Source: a virus
Taxonomy: Duplodnaviria; Caudoviricetes
Virus record (IMG/VR): IMGVR_UViG_3300048886_000261
Coordinates: 1-39,536 of that record
Direction: 5' to 3' (one strand)
Length of the DNA stretch: 39,536 bases
Part shown: positions 20,144 through 28,119 of the stretch, one piece after another
Layout: every line of letters starts with the position of its first letter
Numbering within the stretch: position 1 is the stretch's first letter
Translations under genes and position numbers: made by a program
The notes under the pieces: model-generated
Told to the model about the DNA's origin: nothing
The model's input: only the letters and a program-made list of their open reading frames with translations
The model's database searches: none

Positions 20144-23100
20144 TGGCTAAATGTCTTAAAGAAAAACTTTCAGATCCAAAGGCTAAGGACTTTCAATCAG
20201 TTCTTGATGCTAATACAGAAGCTAACGAAAGAGAGCAGGAGTTCACATCTTCTAATATATTTCGTATGTTCTACAAGCAGATCTTTGATGACAAGGCTAC
20301 TGTTCGCAGGGCATTCAAGTCTGTAGGTAAAAAGATTGAAGATCTTGCACCAAGAGTATTAAGGAAGCTTGACCTGACAGCAGGTGGATCTGCCAACGGT
20401 CTTGTTGTCTTCCAAGGGAAAGCTAATGATACATTATCTGATCTAAAGAAGGGAGAGTATGAACTCGTTGGTAATATTTTATTAGCTGAACGCATCAAGA
20501 CACTTGATACACACAAGGTTGAGGTAGCCCAGAGACAAGTTGACAACAACGGTATTGGCGTTGTTTATGACATGCGTGAAGATAAAGATGTAGCTGCACT
20601 TGGAGTCATACTTGGTAAGGGTATTGCTGAATCAATACAAATCCAGACACATAGAAAGCTAACGGACAGTGGAGCTGTTAACAATAAGTATCTTAAACAC
20701 TTCATTGCTCTCAGCCTGAAGAGAAACAAGAAGACTGATACACTTGATCCTGTCCATCACTATATAAAGACAAAGCCAGGTGCTGAGAAGTATGCCAGAG
20801 AGCAAGTTGATAAGGTGCTTGGTGAATCAAAGATATCGCATCCCGGTGGTATGACACGTGAATATGCACAGGCATGGCTTGATGACTTGAAGAAAGCAGA
20901 ACCTAAAATATTTGCTAGTGCCATGAAGCGTGTTAAAAAGATACATAATGTTTTTGATGAGCAATTAGATGTAGCTCTTGATGCAGGAATAATTTCACAG
21001 AGTGATTATGATCACATGAAGAATGTGGGTGATTACCATCCACGTAGATATCTTAAGTTTCTAGATCCAGATCAGACATTCAATTCATTTGAGAGTATAA
21101 GCAAGGGTAGCACACAGGCATTGCTTTCTGATCCTGCCTTATTAATGCATGATTACATAGTAAGGTTACATGACAGGATAGCAAGGAATGATGCTGCTCA
21201 AGAATTACATTCTATTATCACAAAGAATCCAGACAACAAATACCTGAATAAGATAGTCAAGTTGGTGGGTGACGGTGGCATCGAAGGTGGATGGAATGCT
21301 ATACCTGTATATGTAGACGGAGAGAAGTTAGCATTGCAGATGCCGAAAGAATTAGCAGAGGAATGGAACGGAAGAGATCCTGCTATATCTACTGCTACAG
21401 GTAGAATGATCGGATGGTTATCATTTGCTCCTGCATTGAGAGCTGCTGCTACTGGTCTTAATCCAGATTTTGCCGTGACCAACTTCCCTCGTGACATTTT
21501 CTTTTCATGGTTCAGGACAGATGAATACAACAGGGCTTCTCCTGTAGCATTGTTCCAGATAGCAAGGCAACTATGGAGAGTCAAGGGAGATATATGGACT
21601 ACTAATGACGTACCAAAAGGCAAGGTCAAGGATTACTTCTCTGAAAAGGGTGGGATGGAATTCATGACAGCACAAGGTATGGTATTGGAGAAACATACTA
21701 AGGGTGGTGCAAGTTTCAAGATCACTCATCCTAAGTTAAGAGCCTTAGAAAATGTGTTAAGTTTCATGGGACAAAAGACTGAGCTATGGACACGTGTCGC
21801 ACTCAGAGAGCAAGCGTTAGAAAACAGGATGAAGATTATCAATGCAAAGAAATTAAAGGGTAAGGATCTAGCAGATGCAATAGCTGATGCGAGAGAAGAA
21901 TCCACTTGGATAGCCAGAAATTATTTAGACTTTGCCCAAGGTGGACAAACAACCAAGGTAATAGATAAGTTTGTTCCTTATTTTAATGCAGGTATGGTGG
22001 CAACCAAAGGTATGATAGAAACCATGCAAACAAATCCTGCGTTAGCAACATATAAAATGTCACAGTTTGGTATTTTGTTTACGGCTCTTACGTTGTCTCA
22101 CTTATTAAGACATCCAGAGAAGTGGGATGTCACACCTGAGAATGATAGACACGGTAAGTGGTTATACTATCCTGACCTTCCACCTGTTATAGATAAAAAG
22201 GGTAACAAAAGATATCCATACTTGTCTATACAAATGGATCAAGGACAGCAAGCGTTCTCCAATTTATTTACTGGAATAATTTTACATACACTCCAGTCAT
22301 TCAGTGAAGCTACTGGTTATGATTATGGATTGGAAGATAGACAGCTAAGTAGAATATTAAACACAAGACTTGAACCTTTCTTTGAGTCTGCACAAAAGTT
22401 AATTCCATTCTCTGCCAAGATGCCACCATCAGCACAAGCATTGATAGGTAGTTCAGCAAACTTTCATCCATACTTTAAAGAACCATTGTGGAGAGGACGT
22501 GATGTTAATCCAGAAGATGAATTTGAACCAGATACACATGGTTTGTTTATAGCAATGGCTAATACATTAAACTTCCTAACTCCGTTTGGGGAACCTTGGT
22601 CACCTATAAGATTAAGATTTATGTTCTCACAAGTTATCACACCTGCCAACTCAGTGGTTAAGATGGTTGATTCAACAACAACAGATGTGTTCGATTACTT
22701 CACTGCTGAAGAACAAAAAGAGTTATCAGACCTACAATGGAAATCAATATTATCCGCATCTCCATTAGCTAATCGTGCCTTTAAGTTAACTAAACACTAT
22801 GATGTAGAAGCCTTAGAGGAAAACTACAATATAGAAAGAGAAGAGAATAGCAAACAACAAAAGGTTCGTATAGATGTCGAGACTGGTCTATCAGAATTTC
22901 ATGAACTGGAACAAGGTAATAACAAGGAGTTCACAGAAAACGAGAGAAAGAAATTAGCTGAGATTGGTAGTAGAATAAGAGGAAGCAATCTTACGGTGGA
23001 AGAGAAAGAAGCATTCACAAGGCAGGCTAAATTAGCTATGGCTTTCAAGAGACAGTTTGGTAAAGGTTATCCGAACCAATCTTTCTGGCGTGATGTAGCT

Positions 23101-23274
23101 GGTGCAAAGGAACCACACACAAAAGCTAGAATGATATACACTGCACTTACACGTAAAGATCCAGAGACACGTAAAGAATGGTTGGATGTATTTAATAGGC
23201 TTAAGTACATAAGCACAAGAGATGTTAAAAGATATTTAGCTAAGATGATTAGAGATAATCCATTTGAAGAATGA
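20143..23274 (+). CDS. Large internal virion protein with LPD38-like region
   Basis: 1043 aa; TGLNPDFAVTNFPRD, LDFAQGG, VPYFNAG motifs typical of polyvalent-protein C-termini; GAGGTG RBS, GTG start. Confidence 0.75.
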   Translation: MAKCLKEKLSDPKAKDFQSVLDANTEANEREQEFTSSNIFRMFYKQIFDDKATVRRAFKSVGKKIEDLAPRVLRKLDLTAGGSANGLVVFQGKANDTLSDLKKGEYELVGNILLAERIKTLDTHKVEVAQRQVDNNGIGVVYDMREDKDVAALGVILGKGIAESIQIQTHRKLTDSGAVNNKYLKHFIALSLKRNKKTDTLDPVHHYIKTKPGAEKYAREQVDKVLGESKISHPGGMTREYAQAWLDDLKKAEPKIFASAMKRVKKIHNVFDEQLDVALDAGIISQSDYDHMKNVGDYHPRRYLKFLDPDQTFNSFESISKGSTQALLSDPALLMHDYIVRLHDRIARNDAAQELHSIITKNPDNKYLNKIVKLVGDGGIEGGWNAIPVYVDGEKLALQMPKELAEEWNGRDPAISTATGRMIGWLSFAPALRAAATGLNPDFAVTNFPRDIFFSWFRTDEYNRASPVALFQIARQLWRVKGDIWTTNDVPKGKVKDYFSEKGGMEFMTAQGMVLEKHTKGGASFKITHPKLRALENVLSFMGQKTELWTRVALREQALENRMKIINAKKLKGKDLADAIADAREESTWIARNYLDFAQGGQTTKVIDKFVPYFNAGMVATKGMIETMQTNPALATYKMSQFGILFTALTLSHLLRHPEKWDVTPENDRHGKWLYYPDLPPVIDKKGNKRYPYLSIQMDQGQQAFSNLFTGIILHTLQSFSEATGYDYGLEDRQLSRILNTRLEPFFESAQKLIPFSAKMPPSAQALIGSSANFHPYFKEPLWRGRDVNPEDEFEPDTHGLFIAMANTLNFLTPFGEPWSPIRLRFMFSQVITPANSVVKMVDSTTTDVFDYFTAEEQKELSDLQWKSILSASPLANRAFKLTKHYDVEALEENYNIEREENSKQQKVRIDVETGLSEFHELEQGNNKEFTENERKKLAEIGSRIRGSNLTVEEKEAFTRQAKLAMAFKRQFGKGYPNQSFWRDVAGAKEPHTKARMIYTALTRKDPETRKEWLDVFNRLKYISTRDVKRYLAKMIRDNPFEE

Positions 23275-24149
23275 AAGGTGTATCAGATTACATAACTAAG
23301 GATGGTGTGAGGGTAGTTAAAGTTCATTACTCAGCAGATCCTGATAAGGATGTATCCACAGCAGAGGGTAAGAAGTGGATGGCTAAAGCTCTTCTTGGTT
23401 ACCCCGGTGGATTAGAGGGAGCCAAGTGGCGAAGGGAAATGGAGATAGACTTCAATGCACAAGGAGGTCAGCTTGTATTTCCACAGATGGATGAACACAA
23501 AGAGAGAATATTAATTCCACCTCTCAAGGAGATCCCAGATGAGTGGAAACTATATGGTGGGTTTGATTATGCAGGCAGAGGGACTACAGCTTTTGTAATC
23601 ATTGCACATGATAGAAAGAATGATGACTACTACTGTATAGAGGAGTATTATAAGAAGACAGCAGGGTATGTAGCCACGTGTGATTATATAAAGAATTGTG
23701 AATACTATCACATGTTAGATTGGATGGTAGCTGATCCATCTATGTGGGCTAAGACACAGGAGCGTGCAGGAGTCACTGACCTTGTCAGCATGGCACAATT
23801 ATTCAGTGAGCAAGGGGTACACTTCATCAAGGGTACAAGAGGTGGAGATACAGAGTTTGCTGAACTGATTAATGAGCAAATGTGGGGGAAGATAAACAAG
23901 AAGGGAGTTCATAGCAATCCACGATATAGAATATTCGCTAACTGCAAGAACCATTGGAGTGAGATGTCACAATGGAGATATTCAGAATGGGCTAATGCTA
24001 CAGGACAACATAAGAATGTTAAAGAAACTATGGTAGATAAGAACAATCATAGTATTGATGCTGCTAAGTATGTATTCAAGATGCTCTCCACTAACTGGAT
24101 GGCTGAGAAGGTAGACAGCTTTGATATAAACAAACATATCGTTAACTAA
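23271..24149 (+). CDS. terL: Terminase large subunit, C-terminal half (linker + RNase H-like nuclease) as a stand-alone gene
   Basis: HYSADPDKD...WRREMEIDF linker, GGFDYAG, ADPS, RIFANC, DKNNHSIDAAKY; no Walker motifs. Confidence 0.88.
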   Translation: MKGVSDYITKDGVRVVKVHYSADPDKDVSTAEGKKWMAKALLGYPGGLEGAKWRREMEIDFNAQGGQLVFPQMDEHKERILIPPLKEIPDEWKLYGGFDYAGRGTTAFVIIAHDRKNDDYYCIEEYYKKTAGYVATCDYIKNCEYYHMLDWMVADPSMWAKTQERAGVTDLVSMAQLFSEQGVHFIKGTRGGDTEFAELINEQMWGKINKKGVHSNPRYRIFANCKNHWSEMSQWRYSEWANATGQHKNVKETMVDKNNHSIDAAKYVFKMLSTNWMAEKVDSFDINKHIVN

Positions 24150-24159
24150 AGGAGACAGT

Positions 24160-24201
24160 ATGTATAATAAGAAAAGAAAACCTAAACCACCACCTTACTA
24201 G
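24160..24201 (+). CDS. 13-aa basic, Pro-rich micro-peptide
   Basis: MYNKKRKPKPPPY with AAAGGAG RBS; its stop overlaps the next RBS. Confidence 0.5.
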   Translation: MYNKKRKPKPPPY

Positions 24202-24211
24202 GAGAGAAGTT

Positions 24212-24421
24212 ATGCCAAAGTACAACACACCTGAAGAGAATCTTGCCGAATACGGTGCTGATTATGATAAGATTAAAGTAATGAAACCAGAGGAAGACTT
24301 GACTGATGTGTCCTCAATAGCAGGACGCAAACGTATCAATGGTTTGGTAGGTAATATCATTGACATGTCTGATTCAACACCTAACAGAGTCCATTGTGGC
24401 GATAGCGGCAACAAGCACTAA
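24212..24421 (+). CDS. Hypothetical protein
   Basis: 69-aa ORF with AGGAG RBS. Confidence 0.7.
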   Translation: MPKYNTPEENLAEYGADYDKIKVMKPEEDLTDVSSIAGRKRINGLVGNIIDMSDSTPNRVHCGDSGNKH

Positions 24422-24449
24422 CATAGATTACACCCAAGGGGGGTTGTCG

Positions 24450-25001
24450 TTGCAGATAAAGAACGCATGGCATCCATGTGACATGGTCACTGGAAGCCTG
24501 TTCTTGGGCAACGATGATAACCCACAGGCGTACTGTGTTGTGTCTGCCAAGCTACCAAGAACATATGATACTGACAGAAATGAATGGATGGCAGATCCAG
24601 AGTATCATATATTTGACGAGATCATTGGGAGACTATCTGATGATTTCATACAAGATGTCAAAGATTTTCTTCATGAAAATAAAGTGGAGAGATTAATCTT
24701 CGTATGTTCTGATGAGGAATTAAGAAACAGAATAAGGAAAGATCTACGCATAAGAGTTATCTTTGAGGATGAGAAGAGAAGAAATAATAATTCAATTATA
24801 CTCAGGGAATGGTTCGCAAGAACCAAGAAGGATGGTGAGGATTCACAACTCAAGATATGGGGGGTATGCTCAGAGGCTATCAAATCAAATTATCCACCTG
24901 CTCGTGACTGCATCGTGAGGTTGCTTGAATATTATGACAAGCGTAAGAAGTCAAAGATCTCAGTAGTCAGACCAAATAAAATGAGAGACGGATACTCGTA
25001 A
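24450..25001 (+). CDS. Hypothetical protein; possible degenerate terminase-nuclease-like (RNase H fold) paralog
   Basis: ORF is open from 24360, likely TTG start at 24450 after AAGGGGGG; motif order parallels TerL-C but the catalytic Asp residues are absent. Confidence 0.55.
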   Translation: MQIKNAWHPCDMVTGSLFLGNDDNPQAYCVVSAKLPRTYDTDRNEWMADPEYHIFDEIIGRLSDDFIQDVKDFLHENKVERLIFVCSDEELRNRIRKDLRIRVIFEDEKRRNNNSIILREWFARTKKDGEDSQLKIWGVCSEAIKSNYPPARDCIVRLLEYYDKRKKSKISVVRPNKMRDGYS

Positions 25002-25009
25002 GGAGGAAC

Positions 25010-25624
25010 ATGCCAAAGATAGGAAAAGGAGAAGACGTAGGGAAGCATTACGAAAAACAGGATAAGTTTATTAATCTGTTATTGTTGCATCCCAACCAAA
25101 GCAAGTATAGATCTGCGTTACTAGCAGGCTATGCTTCAAAGTCATTAGAGAAGCGTGTACCTGCCTTGATGAGAGATAAGAAATTTCTTGCTAGGTTAGA
25201 ATCCAGAAGGAAGGAAGTTGAGGAAGCGGTAAACGTAAACGTTGACAAGGTAGCTCAGGAATATGCACGCATAGCATTCCTAGATCCTGCCAGTTATTAC
25301 AAGTTTACACAAGATGGTGGAATAGAAGTTAACAAATCGTACACTATGGATATGCGTCCTATTGCTGAGATTGAGGAAGCTCGTTCAGGCAAGGGGGCTA
25401 ACGGTAAGAACCTTGTTAAGCTAAAGTTCTACAATAAGATGGATGCATTAAAATCATTGAGAGATATGTTTGGCTATGACAAACCAACTAAACATGCAGT
25501 CGCTGGAGTTATCGGGACTGAACAAGGACTCAGTAAAAAGGGGATTGAGTCGGCTATCATCGGACTCATTGGAGGAGTTACACAAGCTCCTGACTCTGAG
25601 ACATTGGATAGCACACCCGAATAA
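25010..25624 (+). CDS. terS: Terminase small subunit
   Basis: SALLAGYA HTH motif, VAQEYARIAFLD, KLKFYNKMDALKSL; AAGGAGG RBS. Confidence 0.9.
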   Translation: MPKIGKGEDVGKHYEKQDKFINLLLLHPNQSKYRSALLAGYASKSLEKRVPALMRDKKFLARLESRRKEVEEAVNVNVDKVAQEYARIAFLDPASYYKFTQDGGIEVNKSYTMDMRPIAEIEEARSGKGANGKNLVKLKFYNKMDALKSLRDMFGYDKPTKHAVAGVIGTEQGLSKKGIESAIIGLIGGVTQAPDSETLDSTPE

Positions 25625-26198
25625 CTTTATCTTTAGCGGTGTTGTCATGACCAAGGATGAGCATGACAGTGACACGCCAGTTAAAGCGTTCCCTCCTAAA
25701 GATTATCTTAAGGAGATAGTAACTGCTGTCCACGAATCAAGCAGAATATTTATACCCAAGAGTAGACAGATCCGTATGTCTTGGATCATGGTACTGTATG
25801 CTCTATGGTTAGCTTTATTCTTTCCACATCAATCTATATTTATTCAGAGCAAGAAGGAAGAAGATGCAGCATCGCTGGTATATGACAAGAAACCAGAGAA
25901 CTCTCGCATGTCATTTGTATATCATCACCTTCCTACGTGGGTCAAAGAAATGAATCCTGTGGATTGCAGTTATGCTAAGATGAGGTTCGCTAATGGAAGT
26001 ATTGTCTGGGGGATACCAGAAGGGGGACACATCATCCGATCTCATACAGCTAGTCTAGTGATTTCGGATGAGTGTGCCTTCCAACCTGAGTTTGAAAATG
26101 CCTACACGGCAGCAGTTCCTATGGCTAAGAAGATAGTAGGCTTATCTTCTGCAAACGGTGGGACATTCTTTGGGGATATTGTAACGGAGGTCATTTAA
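25476..26198 (+). CDS. terL: Terminase large subunit, N-terminal ATPase half as a stand-alone gene
   Basis: KSRQIRMSW (Walker A region), QSKKEEDA, RFANGS, LVISDECAF (Walker B), LSSANG (coupling motif); start uncertain (25470/25476/25494). Confidence 0.9.
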   Translation: MTNQLNMQSLELSGLNKDSVKRGLSRLSSDSLEELHKLLTLRHWIAHPNNFIFSGVVMTKDEHDSDTPVKAFPPKDYLKEIVTAVHESSRIFIPKSRQIRMSWIMVLYALWLALFFPHQSIFIQSKKEEDAASLVYDKKPENSRMSFVYHHLPTWVKEMNPVDCSYAKMRFANGSIVWGIPEGGHIIRSHTASLVISDECAFQPEFENAYTAAVPMAKKIVGLSSANGGTFFGDIVTEVI

Positions 26199-26608
26199 TA
26201 AATCCATATAAGCTGATCTGATTTGTCTTGATCAATATCAACATGGATGAATCCATCCTTACCTGACACACCTATTCGGGAGAACAAATCATGTTTCATT
26301 ATTAGTTGTACCAACGCATATCTTTCTCTGCTAGTTTTAGCAGAGATATCCGCAGCTAAACCTTTGGCATGACTACTGAGTCCCTTGGATTCAGGGCGTG
26401 ATATCGTTAGGGGGTGATCCTTGCATCTAAAGCCAGAGTTAATTTTTATTGGCAACTTATATAATTTTCTTAATTGCTCAAGCTTCTCTACTAACTTGAA
26501 GCTCACACCCAACTCACCATAAGGAGTACACTTATCACACTTACATGATAATTCTGTTGGCTTGAAATATACAAAATCCCATGACACAACTTCTCTATCC
26601 GTTGTCAT
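26195..26608 (-). CDS. Peptidase M15A family endolysin
   Basis: CKC, NSGFRC, SSHAKGLAADI (H-x6-D), FIHVD. Confidence 0.9.
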   Translation of the reverse strand: MTTDREVVSWDFVYFKPTELSCKCDKCTPYGELGVSFKLVEKLEQLRKLYKLPIKINSGFRCKDHPLTISRPESKGLSSHAKGLAADISAKTSRERYALVQLIMKHDLFSRIGVSGKDGFIHVDIDQDKSDQLIWIY

Positions 26609-26819
26609 CTGACATCTCCTTTAATTGTTTGATTGTTTCTTTAACTCTCTTGTCTCTTAGCTCAAGCTTACGTTCCAGATAAGATATATATAACAACATT
26701 TCTTCCCAACATTTATAAGCTCTGGATTTTTTTGTTGCCGTCTTAATTAATTCTCTGCCTAGATGTTCTATACATTCATCTGGTCTTTCTAGTTTGCGTC
26801 TTAGGTCTGGTGTCTTCAT
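26595..26819 (-). CDS. Hypothetical protein
   Basis: Helical ORF, GGAG RBS before ATG 26819. Confidence 0.65.
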   Translation of the reverse strand: MKTPDLRRKLERPDECIEHLGRELIKTATKKSRAYKCWEEMLLYISYLERKLELRDKRVKETIKQLKEMSDDNG

Positions 26820-27201
26820 TGACTTGCTCCATAAAATCATCTACTGGTATTACTGAGTAATACAATGATGTTCTATCCTCAATAGGAAGGCTTCTATTAT
26901 TTCTTGTATACCAGTAATCATGTGGCACAACTACACGCCAAGGTTCTCTGCTACGTCTGAAAAATAAAACAGGCAATCTTTCTACCGATGCCTGTTCAAC
27001 AGTTTGCTTCCACCAATTTTCTATTTGTAACTTCTCTTGGAACTTTACTTCTATAGCGTACCCATCCAGACCCAACACATCATAGCCACCGTCTTGGGTC
27101 TGCATGAGATTACGCTTATACTCACCCCCCAGCTTCTCAGCTAGTAGCTTGCATATCTCCCTCTCCCCTCGTTGCCCCTTCTGTCTGCTTGCTCGACTCA
27201 T
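26776..27201 (-). CDS. Holliday junction resolvase-like PD-(D/E)XK nuclease
   Basis: SRQKGQRGEREI, GGYDV, AIEVK, LPVLFFRRSREPWRVV. Confidence 0.85.
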   Translation of the reverse strand: MSRASRQKGQRGEREICKLLAEKLGGEYKRNLMQTQDGGYDVLGLDGYAIEVKFQEKLQIENWWKQTVEQASVERLPVLFFRRSREPWRVVVPHDYWYTRNNRSLPIEDRTSLYYSVIPVDDFMEQVNEDTRPKTQTRKTR

Positions 27202-27319
27202 TGACTACCTCTCCTTGACAACATGGTGAGTAATTACCTTTGCATACAGAACATTGTGTATGTCCATGCACGTCAATAGGTACACATTCTTGATGACATA
27301 GACTACATCTTTCTTTCAT
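27137..27319 (-). CDS. Small Cys-rich zinc-finger protein
   Basis: CSLC...HGHTQCSVC...CCQG; GGAGG RBS before ATG 27319. Confidence 0.65.
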   Translation of the reverse strand: MKERCSLCHQECVPIDVHGHTQCSVCKGNYSPCCQGEVVNESSKQTEGATRGEGDMQATS

Positions 27320-27560
27320 TACGTTTCCACCTCCTATATACAGACATACTTGCCCATCGTTTATACAAATGAGATCCGTAAATCCACAGCATCCCTGCGT
27401 CAATTAAAATGATACCGATCTGTCCTGTGTGAATCCACATCCACACCCAAAATATTTGAGTAACAAATGCAAGAGGCACACCCCAACTGTGATGATGGTT
27501 GGTGATAGCCCATATGCTTACCAACGTAATACTAGATAATATTATTTCTATTAGTAACAT
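27303..27560 (-). CDS. Small 3-TM membrane protein (PnuC/SemiSWEET-like half module)
   Basis: Three hydrophobic segments; WG...QIFW...GQIG pattern. Confidence 0.55.
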   Translation of the reverse strand: MLLIEIILSSITLVSIWAITNHHHSWGVPLAFVTQIFWVWMWIHTGQIGIILIDAGMLWIYGSHLYKRWASMSVYRRWKRNERKM

Positions 27561-27675
27561 ATTCAGTTTTTACTTGATTCTAATTCTTCTATAATAAACT
27601 TGAGATGTTCTTCTACAATTTTAATCTTGTCACGATGGTCTGATAGTATATGGCACAGACTAGTCACAACTGTAA

Positions 27676-28119
27676 TTAATTTTGTATCGTTCCCCTCGTT
27701 ACTTTCTTCCCCATGTGTAGGCATTTTATATCCTCTGGTTCTAGAGTTTTAAGCATAGGCAATTCAGATGCCTTGTAAACAACTTCTGGAAACTTATCCT
27801 TAATGGTATCAAACATCTCGTCACGGCACAAGTAAAAAGCCTCACCCAATAGAGGTGATACTAACTTTATATATCCATTTGTTTCAAAGGACTTACGCCA
27901 TTCATCCATCTGAATAACTGATGTGCTTTTAAATGTAAGCTCCATTGCTTTGCGTTGTATCTCCACGCTAGTCAAATCAGAATTCTTCTCCTTAATGTCA
28001 GCGTGTCTGTCATCGTAAATATCATTTACTATTTTACCCATCAAAGAGAGAACTTGAGGACGTGAAGGTTTGTGGCCTCTTGAATCCAGAACCTTCGATG
28101 CTTCCTTTTCGTAATCCAT
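27676..28119 (-). CDS. Hypothetical protein downstream of helicase
   Basis: 147 aa; GGAGG RBS inside the dnaB 3' end. Confidence 0.7.
   Translation of the reverse strand: MDYEKEASKVLDSRGHKPSRPQVLSLMGKIVNDIYDDRHADIKEKNSDLTSVEIQRKAMELTFKSTSVIQMDEWRKSFETNGYIKLVSPLLGEAFYLCRDEMFDTIKDKFPEVVYKASELPMLKTLEPEDIKCLHMGKKVTRGTIQN

Noticed and set aside
20141-20145. Amber readthrough or alternative genetic code fusing the two giant genes
   Set aside because: The downstream gene is in a different frame and has its own RBS; TAG serves as a normal stop elsewhere in the window
25532-25543. Programmed -1 frameshift fusing TerS to the ATPase at T AAA AAG GGG
   Set aside because: The ATPase is in the +1 frame relative to terS, and the heptamer is imperfect
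23271-26198. Split intein or intron rejoining the terminase halves
   Set aside because: No intein N-terminal (C/S + block A) or C-terminal (HN-C/S/T) motifs at the ends, no intron-like spacer, and the order is reversed
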